A stretch of DNA of 64,000 nucleotides from Nitrosopumilus sp. (GTDB lineage Archaea > Thermoproteota > Nitrososphaeria > Nitrososphaerales > Nitrosopumilaceae): NCBI GenBank assembly GCA_965218695.1, contig OZ244651.1, positions 320,001 through 384,000 on the forward strand, read 5' to 3'. Shown here piece after piece: positions 30,861 through 40,679 of this stretch; position 1 is the stretch's first letter; each line of letters begins with the position of its first letter. The translations under genes and the position numbers were made by a program. The notes beneath the pieces were generated by a model. That model had not been told where the DNA came from and ran no database searches. It saw only the letters and a program-made list of their open reading frames with translations.

Positions 30861-31952
30861 CTACCGTACCACCCTGAGCAGCTTGTCATCAGTGCCGTCT
30901 GCAAATCCCTTTCCGTCCGTGTTGGATGTGATCACGTAGATGCTGCCGTCCTCTCCCTGAACGGCATCGCGTATGCGCCCAATCCCGCTAAGAATCGACT
31001 TTTGCGAGCTCAAACCCTCTTCCAGATCCAGTTGGTACAGGTTGGAGGCCCGCAACGAGGCCATTACAAATTGATGTTCCAAATCAATCAGGCTACCCGA
31101 ATAAAACATGATTCCCCCCGGCTCTATGCTGGGATCGTAGCAGAGGGCGGCGCCCCGGAACTGCGAATCCCCTGCGCACTCGTGCTCGGGCCACCCGTAG
31201 TTGGCACCTGCCAGTATCAGGTTTATCTCATCGTTCTTTTCCGGCCCAAACTCTGCTGCAAACATCCTGCCCTCGTCATCCCATGCCATCCCCTGGGGGT
31301 TTCTGTGGCCAAGCGAGTACACCGGAGAATCCGCAAACGGATTGTCCTCAGGAATGCTGCCGTCATCATTAATTCGGAGGATCTTTCCTGCCAGAGAGTC
31401 AGGATCCTGTGGGAGGTGGGAGGCATCAAACGGGGTTCCGGTTCCCACATACAGCTTGCCGTCTGGTCCAAATTTTAAAAAGCCGCCGTTGGTAAAAGGC
31501 GAGCCGGGAATTCCCTCAAGGATGGTCGTTGCATTCTGCAGCCTGTTTTGTGACTCTGTTATCCTCATGATTCTGTTCCGGAGCTCCCCGTCCTCTGCAT
31601 ACGTCAAAAATACATAAATGAAATGGTTCTCGGCAAAATCGGGGTGCAGCGCAATGCCAAGCAGCCCGGCATCAAAGGCCTCTGCCGGACGCAGTACTGC
31701 CAACGGGGCATCCAGGAGCGTGCCGTTCTGTACCACCCTGACGCGGCCCTCCTTCTCGGTCACAAAGACCCTGTCTCCGTGGACTGCCATCGCGCGCGGC
31801 TGGTCAAGGTTTTGGGCAATAATGGAGACTGAGTCAGATTCAGGGCCCGAGCTTGGGGTAGGTATTGGGATGGGATCAGACGGGGACGTGAGTACCAGTA
31901 CGGAGAATATGACTGCGCCTGCTACTGCTGCAATCTGAATCCTCTTGTCCAC
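30861..31952 (-). CDS. Glucose/sorbosone (PQQ-type) beta-propeller dehydrogenase, membrane anchored
   Basis: GLLGIALHPDF, FGPDGKLY, GKILR, GHRNPQG, DEINLI..GANYGWP. Confidence 0.88.
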   Translation of the reverse strand: MDKRIQIAAVAGAVIFSVLVLTSPSDPIPIPTPSSGPESDSVSIIAQNLDQPRAMAVHGDRVFVTEKEGRVRVVQNGTLLDAPLAVLRPAEAFDAGLLGIALHPDFAENHFIYVFLTYAEDGELRNRIMRITESQNRLQNATTILEGIPGSPFTNGGFLKFGPDGKLYVGTGTPFDASHLPQDPDSLAGKILRINDDGSIPEDNPFADSPVYSLGHRNPQGMAWDDEGRMFAAEFGPEKNDEINLILAGANYGWPEHECAGDSQFRGAALCYDPSIEPGGIMFYSGSLIDLEHQFVMASLRASNLYQLDLEEGLSSQKSILSGIGRIRDAVQGEDGSIYVITSNTDGKGFADGTDDKLLRVVR

Positions 31953-32117
31953 ACGCTGTCAGGAGCCTGAAATGATATTAATTGTTTGCAGAAATGAGGC
32001 GGGCCGGTTAGTGGTTCTTTGACACACGAAACTCTGCTCTTGCATGCACAGAACCATTATGGTTGGTTGGTCATTCAGAACGGAACTTGCATTCTTGAAT
32101 AGTTGTAATTCTACAAA

Positions 32118-34175
32118 TTATTGTCCAGTGTCACCCCACCACTGCCCCATCTGGGATGCGGGGATGTGGTCGACTACCTTTTGCAGGATGGAGCCGAGTA
32201 TTGGATTCTGGTTGCTGTATCCTACATCAAGGTCGTATTGGTGTCCTGTGGGGCCTGCATCATACACGTCGATTCCTGCCAGTCCGGCATAGTGCACAAC
32301 GACCGGCCACGTGGCTGCAAACGCGTTTGCCTCGCCTGCCTTCATAAGTTCAAGTCCCTCGGCAAAGCCGCTTACGGAGATGTATTCCACGTCAGGATAA
32401 TTCTCATCAAGCCATGATTCTATGGCATAGCCGGTTATGGTGATTAGTCGGAGATCCTCATCATCCATGGCGAACTGCCTGTCCTCAGATGCTGCTATTC
32501 TTGTCTCCACTGTATAGTGTGAGGTTGTAAAGCTCATGTATTCAAGCCTGTCAGCAGTGGTGGCTACCATGTACATGACGTCGGCCTCACCATTCTGCAT
32601 CATCGCAAGGGCATCACTCCAACTGGCTGCTGCAGGAACCCCTACAAAGTCAGATCCTGTCAGTCTGGAAAACTCTGCTGCATACTGGAGCGTGACTCCT
32701 GCAAGGTTTCCTTCCTCATCAGCGTACTCTATTGGAGTCCAGCCGGGGTCAAAGGCTACGCGTATGGTGTCATTCTCTTCCAGCCATGCAGTCTCTTCTG
32801 CAGTAAGTCCCAGGTATGATTTGGCAGGTGTCGCATCATTCCACCACTGTTCTATCTGGGATGCGGGGATGTGGTCGACTACCTTTTGCAGGATGGAGCC
32901 GAGTATTGGATTCTGGTTGCTGTATCCTACATCAAGGTCGTATCGGTGTCCTGTGGGGCCTGCATCATACACGTCGATTCCTGCCAGTCCGGCATAGTGC
33001 ACAACGACCGGCCACGTGGCTGCAAACGCGTTTGCCTCGCCTGCCTTCATAAGTTCAAGTCCCTCGGCAAAGCCGCTTACGGAGATGTATTCCACGTCAG
33101 GATAATTCTCATCAAGCCATGATTCTATGGCATAGCCGGTTATGGTGATTAGTCGGAGATCCTCATCATCCATGGCGAACTGCCTGTCCTCAGATGCTGC
33201 TATTCTTGTCTCCACTGCGTAGTGTGAGGTTGTAAAGCTCATGTATTCAAGCCTGTCAGCAGTGGTGGCTACCATGTACATGACGTCGGCCTCACCATTC
33301 TGCATCATCGCAAGGGCATCACTCCAACTGGCTGCTGCAGGAACCCCTACAAAGTCAGATCCTGTCAGTCTGGAAAACTCTGCTGCATACTGGAGCGTGA
33401 CTCCTGCAAGGTTTCCTTCCTCATCAGCGTACTCTATTGGAGTCCAGCCGGGGTCAAAGGCTACGCGTATGGTGTCATTCTCTTCCAGCCATGCAGTCTC
33501 TTCTGCAGTCAGTTCCAGTGAAGACATTGCGTCAGTCATCGCGTCGTCAGATGCAGCATAGTATCCGGAGCCAAAGACGTACCCATCATGCAGCATAATC
33601 AGGGAGCGCTTGTTCTGTTCTGTCCCGGTTGCGGGGTTGTTGAATACATACTCTACCCACACCTCTCCCTCCTGAAGTTCTGATATAATCACGTCAGGTG
33701 GTTTGTTGGTGGATGCAATCAATACGCTGTCGACACCGACACGGTCAGGATTTGCTCCGTGTGCCACAATGATGCCATCAGAGTCTACTACAAACGGATA
33801 CGATGGGTCAGTCGACATCATTGCGGTTATGGTTGCAAACGCGCCATCCGGGTCTGAGTCGTAGAGGGCGATCGTGTCCTCGACCACTCCCCTGACTACA
33901 GACTCTGACGTGGATGGCAGGGAAAGGCTTACGCCTCGGTCCAACAACATTTCGTACGTGTCTGAGTACAGGCAGACAGGCATGTCAGAACCAGTTACAT
34001 ATAGATCTCTTGGGTCATTGCACTGTATCTCATGCAATGCAGTCCCAGCATTATACTGCTCCAATGGGGACGGATACTGTGTGTCCTCCATGGCATCGGA
34101 CAAGGCATATGCAGGCAACGCCGACACTAGTGTTACAATGGATAATACTCCTAAAAGGAAGAGATACTGTTTCAT
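32118..34175 (-). CDS. Secreted protein: SP(L)xQ..C..C cap, single Cache-like domain, two tandem family-3 solute-binding (Venus flytrap) domains
   Basis: Signal peptide; PSPLEQ..IQC..PVC; YPFVVD..GIIVAHG..WVEY.F.NP..G.EQ.K..GSGYY (Cache-like); two LTAEE.AWL...IRVAFDPGW.PIEY domains; no TM or kinase at the C-terminus. Confidence 0.8.
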   Translation of the reverse strand: MKQYLFLLGVLSIVTLVSALPAYALSDAMEDTQYPSPLEQYNAGTALHEIQCNDPRDLYVTGSDMPVCLYSDTYEMLLDRGVSLSLPSTSESVVRGVVEDTIALYDSDPDGAFATITAMMSTDPSYPFVVDSDGIIVAHGANPDRVGVDSVLIASTNKPPDVIISELQEGEVWVEYVFNNPATGTEQNKRSLIMLHDGYVFGSGYYAASDDAMTDAMSSLELTAEETAWLEENDTIRVAFDPGWTPIEYADEEGNLAGVTLQYAAEFSRLTGSDFVGVPAAASWSDALAMMQNGEADVMYMVATTADRLEYMSFTTSHYAVETRIAASEDRQFAMDDEDLRLITITGYAIESWLDENYPDVEYISVSGFAEGLELMKAGEANAFAATWPVVVHYAGLAGIDVYDAGPTGHRYDLDVGYSNQNPILGSILQKVVDHIPASQIEQWWNDATPAKSYLGLTAEETAWLEENDTIRVAFDPGWTPIEYADEEGNLAGVTLQYAAEFSRLTGSDFVGVPAAASWSDALAMMQNGEADVMYMVATTADRLEYMSFTTSHYTVETRIAASEDRQFAMDDEDLRLITITGYAIESWLDENYPDVEYISVSGFAEGLELMKAGEANAFAATWPVVVHYAGLAGIDVYDAGPTGHQYDLDVGYSNQNPILGSILQKVVDHIPASQMGQWWGDTGQ
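32149..33509. repeat. Near-perfect internal tandem duplication (32149-32804 and 32854-33509, period 705 bp)
   Basis: About 656 bp with about 3 mismatches seen by eye (HYTVE/HYAVE, GHQY/GHRY). Confidence 0.92.
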
Positions 34176-34348
34176 TTTATAATAGAAGCCATGCGTAATC
34201 CCTCCATTTCGTTGGGTTAAACCAGAAAAACCCAGAAAATATTAAAAATTCTGATTTAATTCTCGCCATGTTAGCCATGTGGGGATCCTGTCCTGCCAGA
34301 AATACAAAATAACGTGCGCAACCTTGCAGCACCACGATGTGCACGGAA

Positions 34349-35662
34349 TTAATTGTTTGAAACGGCGCTGCCGGGGACGTTTGCCTCTTCCCAGTTTATT
34401 ACCGGCCCCAGCGTGCTACCTGAAGGAGGTCCTTTCTTCATCTGGTTCCACAGGAGGTCCAGGTTTACGAGTCCGGTTATTATGTTAAATTCCCTGTTAA
34501 AGTCGCCAATCTTTCCCTTGTATGGCGCGGTAAGCCGGCCGTACCGCTTCAGCCTGCCGATGGAGTGCTCCACCTTTACCCTGGCCGAGTTGACGGCGTG
34601 GTTGTGCTCCTTTTCCTCCTTTGTAAAGCGCTTGTGGTTCTTGGTCTTCTTGTGCGGCTGCAGGGTGTTTGTGCCGGGCAGATCCTTTGCGATTCCCTTG
34701 TAGCCGCGGTCAGTAAGGGTGTGGATCCTGTCCTCTTCGGGGGTGTCCTCGTCGCACATGCGGTCCCACCATTTTCCAAACGGCAGCGGGCTCTCCCTGA
34801 GCAGCGTGATGTCGTGGACGGATCCCACGGTGCTGCCGGATATGGCGACTATCACCCCGTTTTCATTTATGCAGACTGTGGTGTTGAGCGTGAATTTCTT
34901 CTTCTTGCCCGAATACATCATGCTCCTCATCTGTTTTTCGTCCGGCCTCTGTATGGGGCAGTGCGTGCCGTCGATCATCATGATGCCCCCGTCAGGCCCG
35001 GAAATTATTTTTTTGAGATCCTCTTTTGTCTCCGTGCCTGCTATCTCCTTTGATATGTTGGCAGCAGTGGGCAGCGCCGCCTCGAGTACCGCGTCCATGA
35101 CGTCGATGTACCTGGACACGGTCGCCTGGTCTATTCCAAAGAATGCCGCAAGCGCGCCCTGCGTGGGGTTGCCCTTTTTGTACATCAGTGACATGAGTAG
35201 CGCGTGCCTTGGGTACAGCTTGCAGCGGTTCCCGGGATCCGACGCCCTCGTCTCGTCGTTCCTGAAGAGCGGGGATTTGCCGCTTTGTCTTATCCATGCC
35301 TCGGCCCTGTCAAGTATGTACTGGAATTGCCCCCTGCCCTTCAGCGTCGCGTCATGAAGCTTCTTCCCGACGCCGATGACGTCGTCAAACACCTCCACGC
35401 GGTGCAGCAGGGCGGGCTCCCCTGCGGCTCCGGACTCGGAGCCGTCCCGCGTGCTCCACAGGCTTTGCTCGTGCTTGGCGGCTGCCTCCAAGCGCTTGAT
35501 GTCAGCGTCCTGGCGCTTGATGTCAGCGTCCTGGCGCTTGATGTCAGCGTCCTGGCGCTTGATCATGTATCTGAGAGCCTTGTTCTCTTTTTGCAGGTCA
35601 CTTGTTTCCTGATTCGACAACAGTATGAACCGGCATATTCTGGTTTTAATTGGATGGATCAT
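34349..35662 (-). CDS. DDE_Tnp_4-type transposase with N-terminal heptad repeats
   Basis: FGIDQATVSR HTH, IDGT, YSGKKK, GSVHD, DRGYKG, RVKVEHSIGRLK. Confidence 0.9.
   Translation of the reverse strand: MIHPIKTRICRFILLSNQETSDLQKENKALRYMIKRQDADIKRQDADIKRQDADIKRLEAAAKHEQSLWSTRDGSESGAAGEPALLHRVEVFDDVIGVGKKLHDATLKGRGQFQYILDRAEAWIRQSGKSPLFRNDETRASDPGNRCKLYPRHALLMSLMYKKGNPTQGALAAFFGIDQATVSRYIDVMDAVLEAALPTAANISKEIAGTETKEDLKKIISGPDGGIMMIDGTHCPIQRPDEKQMRSMMYSGKKKKFTLNTTVCINENGVIVAISGSTVGSVHDITLLRESPLPFGKWWDRMCDEDTPEEDRIHTLTDRGYKGIAKDLPGTNTLQPHKKTKNHKRFTKEEKEHNHAVNSARVKVEHSIGRLKRYGRLTAPYKGKIGDFNREFNIITGLVNLDLLWNQMKKGPPSGSTLGPVINWEEANVPGSAVSNN
35492..35563. repeat. 21-bp tandem repeat x3.4 encoding KRQDADI
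   Basis: gcgcttgatgtcagcgtcctg starts at 35492, 35513, 35534 and partially at 35555. Confidence 0.9.
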
Positions 35663-35970
35663 AAATTTTTGACAGCAGGGCTAACATGTCAGCGCGGAGT
35701 TTGAAAAAGTTCCGGATTACGCATATTTTCTAATATGTTTTAGTCACCTATATTTATCATTATCTTGTAACTTGCATGATATGAAACTATGTTCTACAAA
35801 CATTAAATCATTTCTGCAACAGCGCAGTCTGTAACTGGAACATTACAGGTAAATGAAACACCAGTGAATCTGACATGACAGGGAATGTGACATGGCAGTT
35901 ATTTTGGAAAACGATCCGACAAGAATGCCACTTGATAAAGCGTATATACTGCTGATCTTCACTTATCTTC

Positions 35971-36060
35971 AGCGGGGTGGGGAAGTCAGACTCATCAGGG
36001 CTAGGTCATCCCGGCGGGCTCATAACCCGCAAATCAGTAGTTCAAATCTACTCCCCGCTA
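35971..36060 (+). tRNA. Initiator tRNA-Met(CAU) with a ~15-nt insertion (probable non-canonical intron) in the D-loop
   Basis: A1-U72 acceptor AGCGGGG/CCCCGCT, anticodon arm GCGGG-CTCATAA-CCCGC (three G-C pairs), T arm AGTAG-TTCAAAT-CTACT; 90 nt total with extra sequence at about 35986-36000. Confidence 0.9.
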
Positions 36061-37370
36061 TCATTACTATAAAACCACGAAACCGACTCGTCAAAGTGCG
36101 CAGTGTTACACCTTCCAATCCGCTCCGGGGGACGGGTAAGGTGCCGCCGGGCAGATGCTACAGGCGTGTACGTCTGGCACCGAATCAATCTGGGCATGAC
36201 GGTATCCTCTTTCCTCTCCGATGTCGTGCCGCAACGGACGCACTTGAATCCCTGCCCGCGCCCCTTGGATTTCATCCTCTTGGAGCACTCCGGGCATCGT
36301 GGGTTTGAGGGGACAGCGTCGGTCTGAAGGTTCTGCACATCAAGGAACTCCAGGCTGATCGTCCTGGGATGGTTCGGGGATGCGCGCCTTATGCCGCCGC
36401 CCACGCACACCCTATCTCCTAGCATCAGGTGCGAGGCTACAGTGGAGAATCCCGTGGGACGGTATACTGCGCATCCGAACTCAACTCCGTCCGATTTTAC
36501 ACCAAACGTGACGTGTCCGCCGCGCATGATTCGCGGCCGGGCAGACACGGTTCCGGTGATTCTTCCAGAGGTGTAGGGTGTCATGGTACTTTCATCCAGG
36601 TCATGCCTGAGATGGTCGCCCGTGCCCTGGTTTGACTTGAATATCATGTGGCCGACTGGCCGCTCGTCACTTTCGAGCATTCCTGCTGCCAGTACCAACC
36701 GGTCGGCTCGCTCCCCACGGATCCCGTAGAATACCGGATCGGGTCCGTGCGGCGCTATCAGCACGCGCCCGCTTGCGTCGTCAACGCTGCCAAAGGTGTC
36801 GGGAAACGTCTTTGCCTGCATGGCCTTGACGCTGCTGGCAGATATTCTTCTCTTTTGCCCCAGCATGCCTCTTGCGCGGTATGCCAAAAGTTCTAGCGTG
36901 TGATCCCCAAACTCGTACCCTATCGCGCCTATCGCACCAACCAAGCCCTGGCCATTCCCTAGGGAAAGGTGGTCAAGTTTGCTCCTTTGAACCAGTCGTC
37001 TTGCGCTGCCCCGGCTGACAAGCTGCCACAGCGCCAGGCGGCCAAGGTCTGCAAATTCCGGCGGAATCTCGTCTCCCTCAACAAACACCAACCCGGGATT
37101 GGCCCCGTTGGCAGTGTCAGAGTACCGTGTCACGGCATCCCGCACCAGTTCCTTGGCACGGTCGGGATTGTCAGTGGAGATCTTCATCGAGACTGCCCCG
37201 TTTCCCCGGGTCTTCCACGGTATGTTGGGGTTGAAGCGAACTAGCCTTGGAAAGTCCAAAAACACGTCCCCTTGCTTGAGCAGCATGCCTGCCGTCTTGT
37301 ATGCAAGAAACGTGGTGCACATTCCCTCGGGGGAGTCGGTATCGTCAAACCCGACGTGCAGAGTCGCCAT
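36048..37370 (-). CDS. tiaS: tRNA(Ile2) 2-agmatinylcytidine synthetase
   Basis: GFDDTDSPEGMCTT, NPNIPWKTRGNGA, PHGPDPVFYGIRG, SNQGT, C-terminal CPEC..CVRC zinc ribbon. Confidence 0.94.
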   Translation of the reverse strand: MATLHVGFDDTDSPEGMCTTFLAYKTAGMLLKQGDVFLDFPRLVRFNPNIPWKTRGNGAVSMKISTDNPDRAKELVRDAVTRYSDTANGANPGLVFVEGDEIPPEFADLGRLALWQLVSRGSARRLVQRSKLDHLSLGNGQGLVGAIGAIGYEFGDHTLELLAYRARGMLGQKRRISASSVKAMQAKTFPDTFGSVDDASGRVLIAPHGPDPVFYGIRGERADRLVLAAGMLESDERPVGHMIFKSNQGTGDHLRHDLDESTMTPYTSGRITGTVSARPRIMRGGHVTFGVKSDGVEFGCAVYRPTGFSTVASHLMLGDRVCVGGGIRRASPNHPRTISLEFLDVQNLQTDAVPSNPRCPECSKRMKSKGRGQGFKCVRCGTTSERKEDTVMPRLIRCQTYTPVASARRHLTRPPERIGRCNTAHFDESVSWFYSNDSGE

Positions 37371-37557
37371 GGAGTCAGTATGGCGTGGGTGTTTTTAGTT
37401 GTTGGCGGTTCCCGTAGGTGAATGGTCAACAGCAGGTCTGCGCTTGCCAGTCCAAGTCTGCGTACCAATCCAAACGAATTCTTATCTGTCCAGGCATCTG
37501 TTCTGACACGGCAAAGCCACTTGGTTTAAATTAAAAGCACAGCACCACAATCTGACA

Positions 37558-38553
37558 TTGATAGTAATAGACGAGGAGAGGATATTCGAGGAGATTGAAA
37601 AGAGGCAGCCGGCATCTGTCTCGCTCAACGGCCCGGAGGGGATAATTGCCGGCGTTCAGAACACGGCAGTAAAGATAACAGAAAGGTTTGGAATCCCGGC
37701 ATACGTCATTGCAGACACGACGTGGGGGACATGCGACCTCAACGCCAAGGGTGCCGAGGTTCTTGGTGCCGGAATACACTTCAACATAGGCCACACCATA
37801 AACACCGAGTCCCCGGACGGGATCACGATACTGGTTGACGCATTTGACGACGTGGGATTTGACAGCGTGGCAAAAAAGTGCGCAACCATGCTTGCAGGCA
37901 GGACAGTCGGGCTTGTCACCGACAGCCAGCACCTGCTCCAGATGGAGCCGGTCAGGGAAATACTTGAAACCGACGGAGTCAAGGTCGTGATAGGCAGCGG
38001 AAAGGGCCAGCTAAACGACGGACAGGTGTTTGGCTGCGAGTTTTACCCCGCAACGGAACTAAAGAAGACGGTGGATGCGTACGTCTTTCTCGGGCAGAGC
38101 AACTTTCATGCGGCAGGAGTCGCGCTCTCCACCGGACTGCCGACGTACGTGCTGGATCCGTATTTCAACGAGGTAAGGGAGGTGAGCGAGTTTGCGCAAA
38201 AGCTCAAGAGAAAGTCCACGCTGGCAGTGTACAAGGCAGCGCAGGCAAAAACGTTCGGGGTGATAGTGGGGCTCAAGGAAGGGCAGCTGTCAAAGGTGTT
38301 TGCCCTGAAGATCAAAAGGGAGCTTGAAAAAGAAGGCAAGAAGGTCCAGTTGTTTGCGATGACAGACATAACAAACGAGAGGCTCAGAAACATCACCGGT
38401 ATTGACGCCTTTGTCCAAGTGGCATGCCCCAGAATCTCCACTGACAACCAGTTTGACATGCCTGTCCTGTCCACACCGCAGGCAAACGCCCTGCTCAAGG
38501 TTCTGCGAAACGAGGACGTCGAGGAGTATCTGGAGATTCCCCACTGGCTGTAG
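37558..38553 (+). CDS. dph2: Diphthamide biosynthesis enzyme Dph2
   Basis: WGTCD, GQVFGC, FHA.G, ACPRIS. Confidence 0.92.
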   Translation: MIVIDEERIFEEIEKRQPASVSLNGPEGIIAGVQNTAVKITERFGIPAYVIADTTWGTCDLNAKGAEVLGAGIHFNIGHTINTESPDGITILVDAFDDVGFDSVAKKCATMLAGRTVGLVTDSQHLLQMEPVREILETDGVKVVIGSGKGQLNDGQVFGCEFYPATELKKTVDAYVFLGQSNFHAAGVALSTGLPTYVLDPYFNEVREVSEFAQKLKRKSTLAVYKAAQAKTFGVIVGLKEGQLSKVFALKIKRELEKEGKKVQLFAMTDITNERLRNITGIDAFVQVACPRISTDNQFDMPVLSTPQANALLKVLRNEDVEEYLEIPHWL

Positions 38554-38571
38554 CCGGATGGTGTTTGCGCC

Positions 38572-39648
38572 CTACAGGTGTGGCTTTATCAGGATCTTTC
38601 CAAACAGCCCCTTGCCACGCAGCATTCTCGTGTGCGCCTGGACTGCATCCTCTAGCTGATACACAGAGTCTATGACGGACCTTATCTGGCCTTTGGACAT
38701 CCAGTAGAGTCCCTGTTCCAGCTCGGCCCGGGTACCCTGGGTGGATCCGAGTATGTTGATTCCCTTGAAGAATATGTGGCGCAGGTCGGTCCGGGCGTCA
38801 TACCCGGTCGTGGCACCGGTGGTGACTATGGTTCCGCCGTAGTTGAGCAGTGTTAGCTCCCGGTTCCAGTGGGATCCCCCTATATGCTCAAATATCACGT
38901 CCACGCCGGGCACGTCGCCGTATGGTACCGGAAGGCCGGCTGCAATCTGCCTCACCTGCCTGTGCCAGTCGTCCTGCCGGTGGTCGACTGCATAGTCTGC
39001 CCCCAGTTCCAGCAGCCTGTCAAGCTTGTCCGGGCTGGCAGTGGCAATCACCACACACCCGTGCATCTTGGCGATCTGGATGCCATAGTTGCCAACCCCC
39101 GAACCGCCACCCATTACCAACACCAGCTGACCCGGCTGTATCCTGGCCCGGCCCACAAGCATGTGCCATGACGTCATCAGGGTCATGGATGCAGCAGCTG
39201 CATCATCGTATGACACGCCGTCGGGAATCCTGACTGCGTTGTACTCGGGAAGGTGGGCATACTCGCAGTATCCGCCCCACAGGGGTCCTGTCTCAAAGCC
39301 CCAGATGGATCTTTTTGGGCAGTTGTACTCTTTTCCGCCGGTGCATGCGCTACAGACCCGGCAGGACAGGTTTCCGTGCGAGACTATCCTGTCGCCCATA
39401 CTGATGCCGCGGACGTCGCTTCCCACCGCGACCACCTCGCCGGCAGCGTCTGTGCCGGAGATGTGGGGTAGCGGGACTGCCAGGGGCTTGCCCCTCATGC
39501 CCCAGATGTCGTCATAGTTGAGCGCGGCGGCCTCGACACGGAATACGACCTGATCGGGGCCGGGAGTCGGGCGGGGAACATCCCGGATCTGAAGTATCTT
39601 GGAATAGTCGTCGTCAACTGCATACCTGTCGTACACCAGCGCCCTCAT
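38572..39648 (-). CDS. Zinc-binding MDR-family dehydrogenase/oxidoreductase
   Basis: PHISGTDAAG, CRVCSAC...C structural zinc site, GGGSGVG. Confidence 0.88.
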   Translation of the reverse strand: MRALVYDRYAVDDDYSKILQIRDVPRPTPGPDQVVFRVEAAALNYDDIWGMRGKPLAVPLPHISGTDAAGEVVAVGSDVRGISMGDRIVSHGNLSCRVCSACTGGKEYNCPKRSIWGFETGPLWGGYCEYAHLPEYNAVRIPDGVSYDDAAAASMTLMTSWHMLVGRARIQPGQLVLVMGGGSGVGNYGIQIAKMHGCVVIATASPDKLDRLLELGADYAVDHRQDDWHRQVRQIAAGLPVPYGDVPGVDVIFEHIGGSHWNRELTLLNYGGTIVTTGATTGYDARTDLRHIFFKGINILGSTQGTRAELEQGLYWMSKGQIRSVIDSVYQLEDAVQAHTRMLRGKGLFGKILIKPHL

Positions 39649-40604
39649 TGCACATCTGGATACTTGGAGATATATCAGTGTAAGATACGGTTTGTCACGG
39701 CAGGGGTTGTTCAGGCCCCGAGCAGGTACGACACCGTGGTTACGAACTCGTTAACTGTGATATCACCTAGCGAGGCCATTCTGCCCAAGTTTGGCTTTAC
39801 CCATGACGGGATTTCTCCGTCCTGCGGCAGGTTCAGTGCCGCAAGCAGTTCGACGTCGGTTGCAGTCGTGGAGTCAAATCCTGCCCACATGCGGATGGCC
39901 AACAGCATGTCAGCCTCGGAAGTTCCCGGGTCAGGTGCGGGAACTACGGGGTCTGCCGGAATCGGCGTTGCAGTGGCGTTGGCTGCAGGTATTACCGTGA
40001 TTGCATCTATCATGTGTGCCAGCGTGGTGGAGGATCGACTGTCCCATGTTCTGGCCACCAGATTGGTGTTTCCCATTGTCTCATTAAACGTGACAAGGAA
40101 GTTGACATTGGTCTTGAACGAATATTTCTCATCTGTCTCCTGCGTCACAGTAACGTTTGAAAGCCAGCCGTTCGGATCCGTTACCAGGGTGTTGCCGTTG
40201 TCAAGCCTGATGAACGTGTCGCTGTTGAAGTAGTGTATGTCCATATCATGCAGGTTCATGTAGAGGGTAAAGTGGGCAATTGTGTTGTAGTCGTATAGGA
40301 CAAAGTCGATGCTGGTCGGCTGGTCGGCCACAACTTCCTGCGAGTCAAGCGTGTTGGACAGACCTGCTAGCGGATACCCCAGACCGTTTATCGTCACTGG
40401 GTAGTCAAACGTGCCGTTGACGACAATCGGGGATATGGGCGTGCGCCAGTCAGGGTCGTGGACGATTTGCAGTAATGCAGATGGGATATCTATGTTAAAT
40501 TGGGAATCGCGCAGTGCGTTAAGATCCAAGACCGGGGGATCATTGTTGCTGCCGCTCGAGCTGGATCTGTGATTGTTATTGGAGACGATTCCGGATGAGC
40601 CCGG

Positions 40605-40679
40605 GTTGCCGTTGCCGCCGTTGCCGCCGTTGCCGCCGTTGCCGCCGTTGGTGTTGGTGTTGGTGTTGGTGTTGATGTT
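40605..40679. repeat. Coding microsatellites (GTTGCCGCC)n and (GTTGGT)n encoding GGN and NT runs
   Basis: Seen directly; they encode NTNTNTNTNGGNGGNGGNGGNGN. Confidence 0.9.

Larger units (their letters stand above)
34267..35688 (-). mobile_element. IS5-family (ISL2/DDE_Tnp_4-like) insertion sequence; ends approximate
   Basis: CATGTTAGCC at 34267-34276 and its reverse complement at 35679-35688 flank a transposase. Confidence 0.7.

Noticed and set aside
37400-37475. GC-rich intergenic stretch between tiaS and dph2 that looked tRNA- or ncRNA-like
   Set aside because: No cloverleaf, T-loop or recognisable box motifs could be built, so it is not supported
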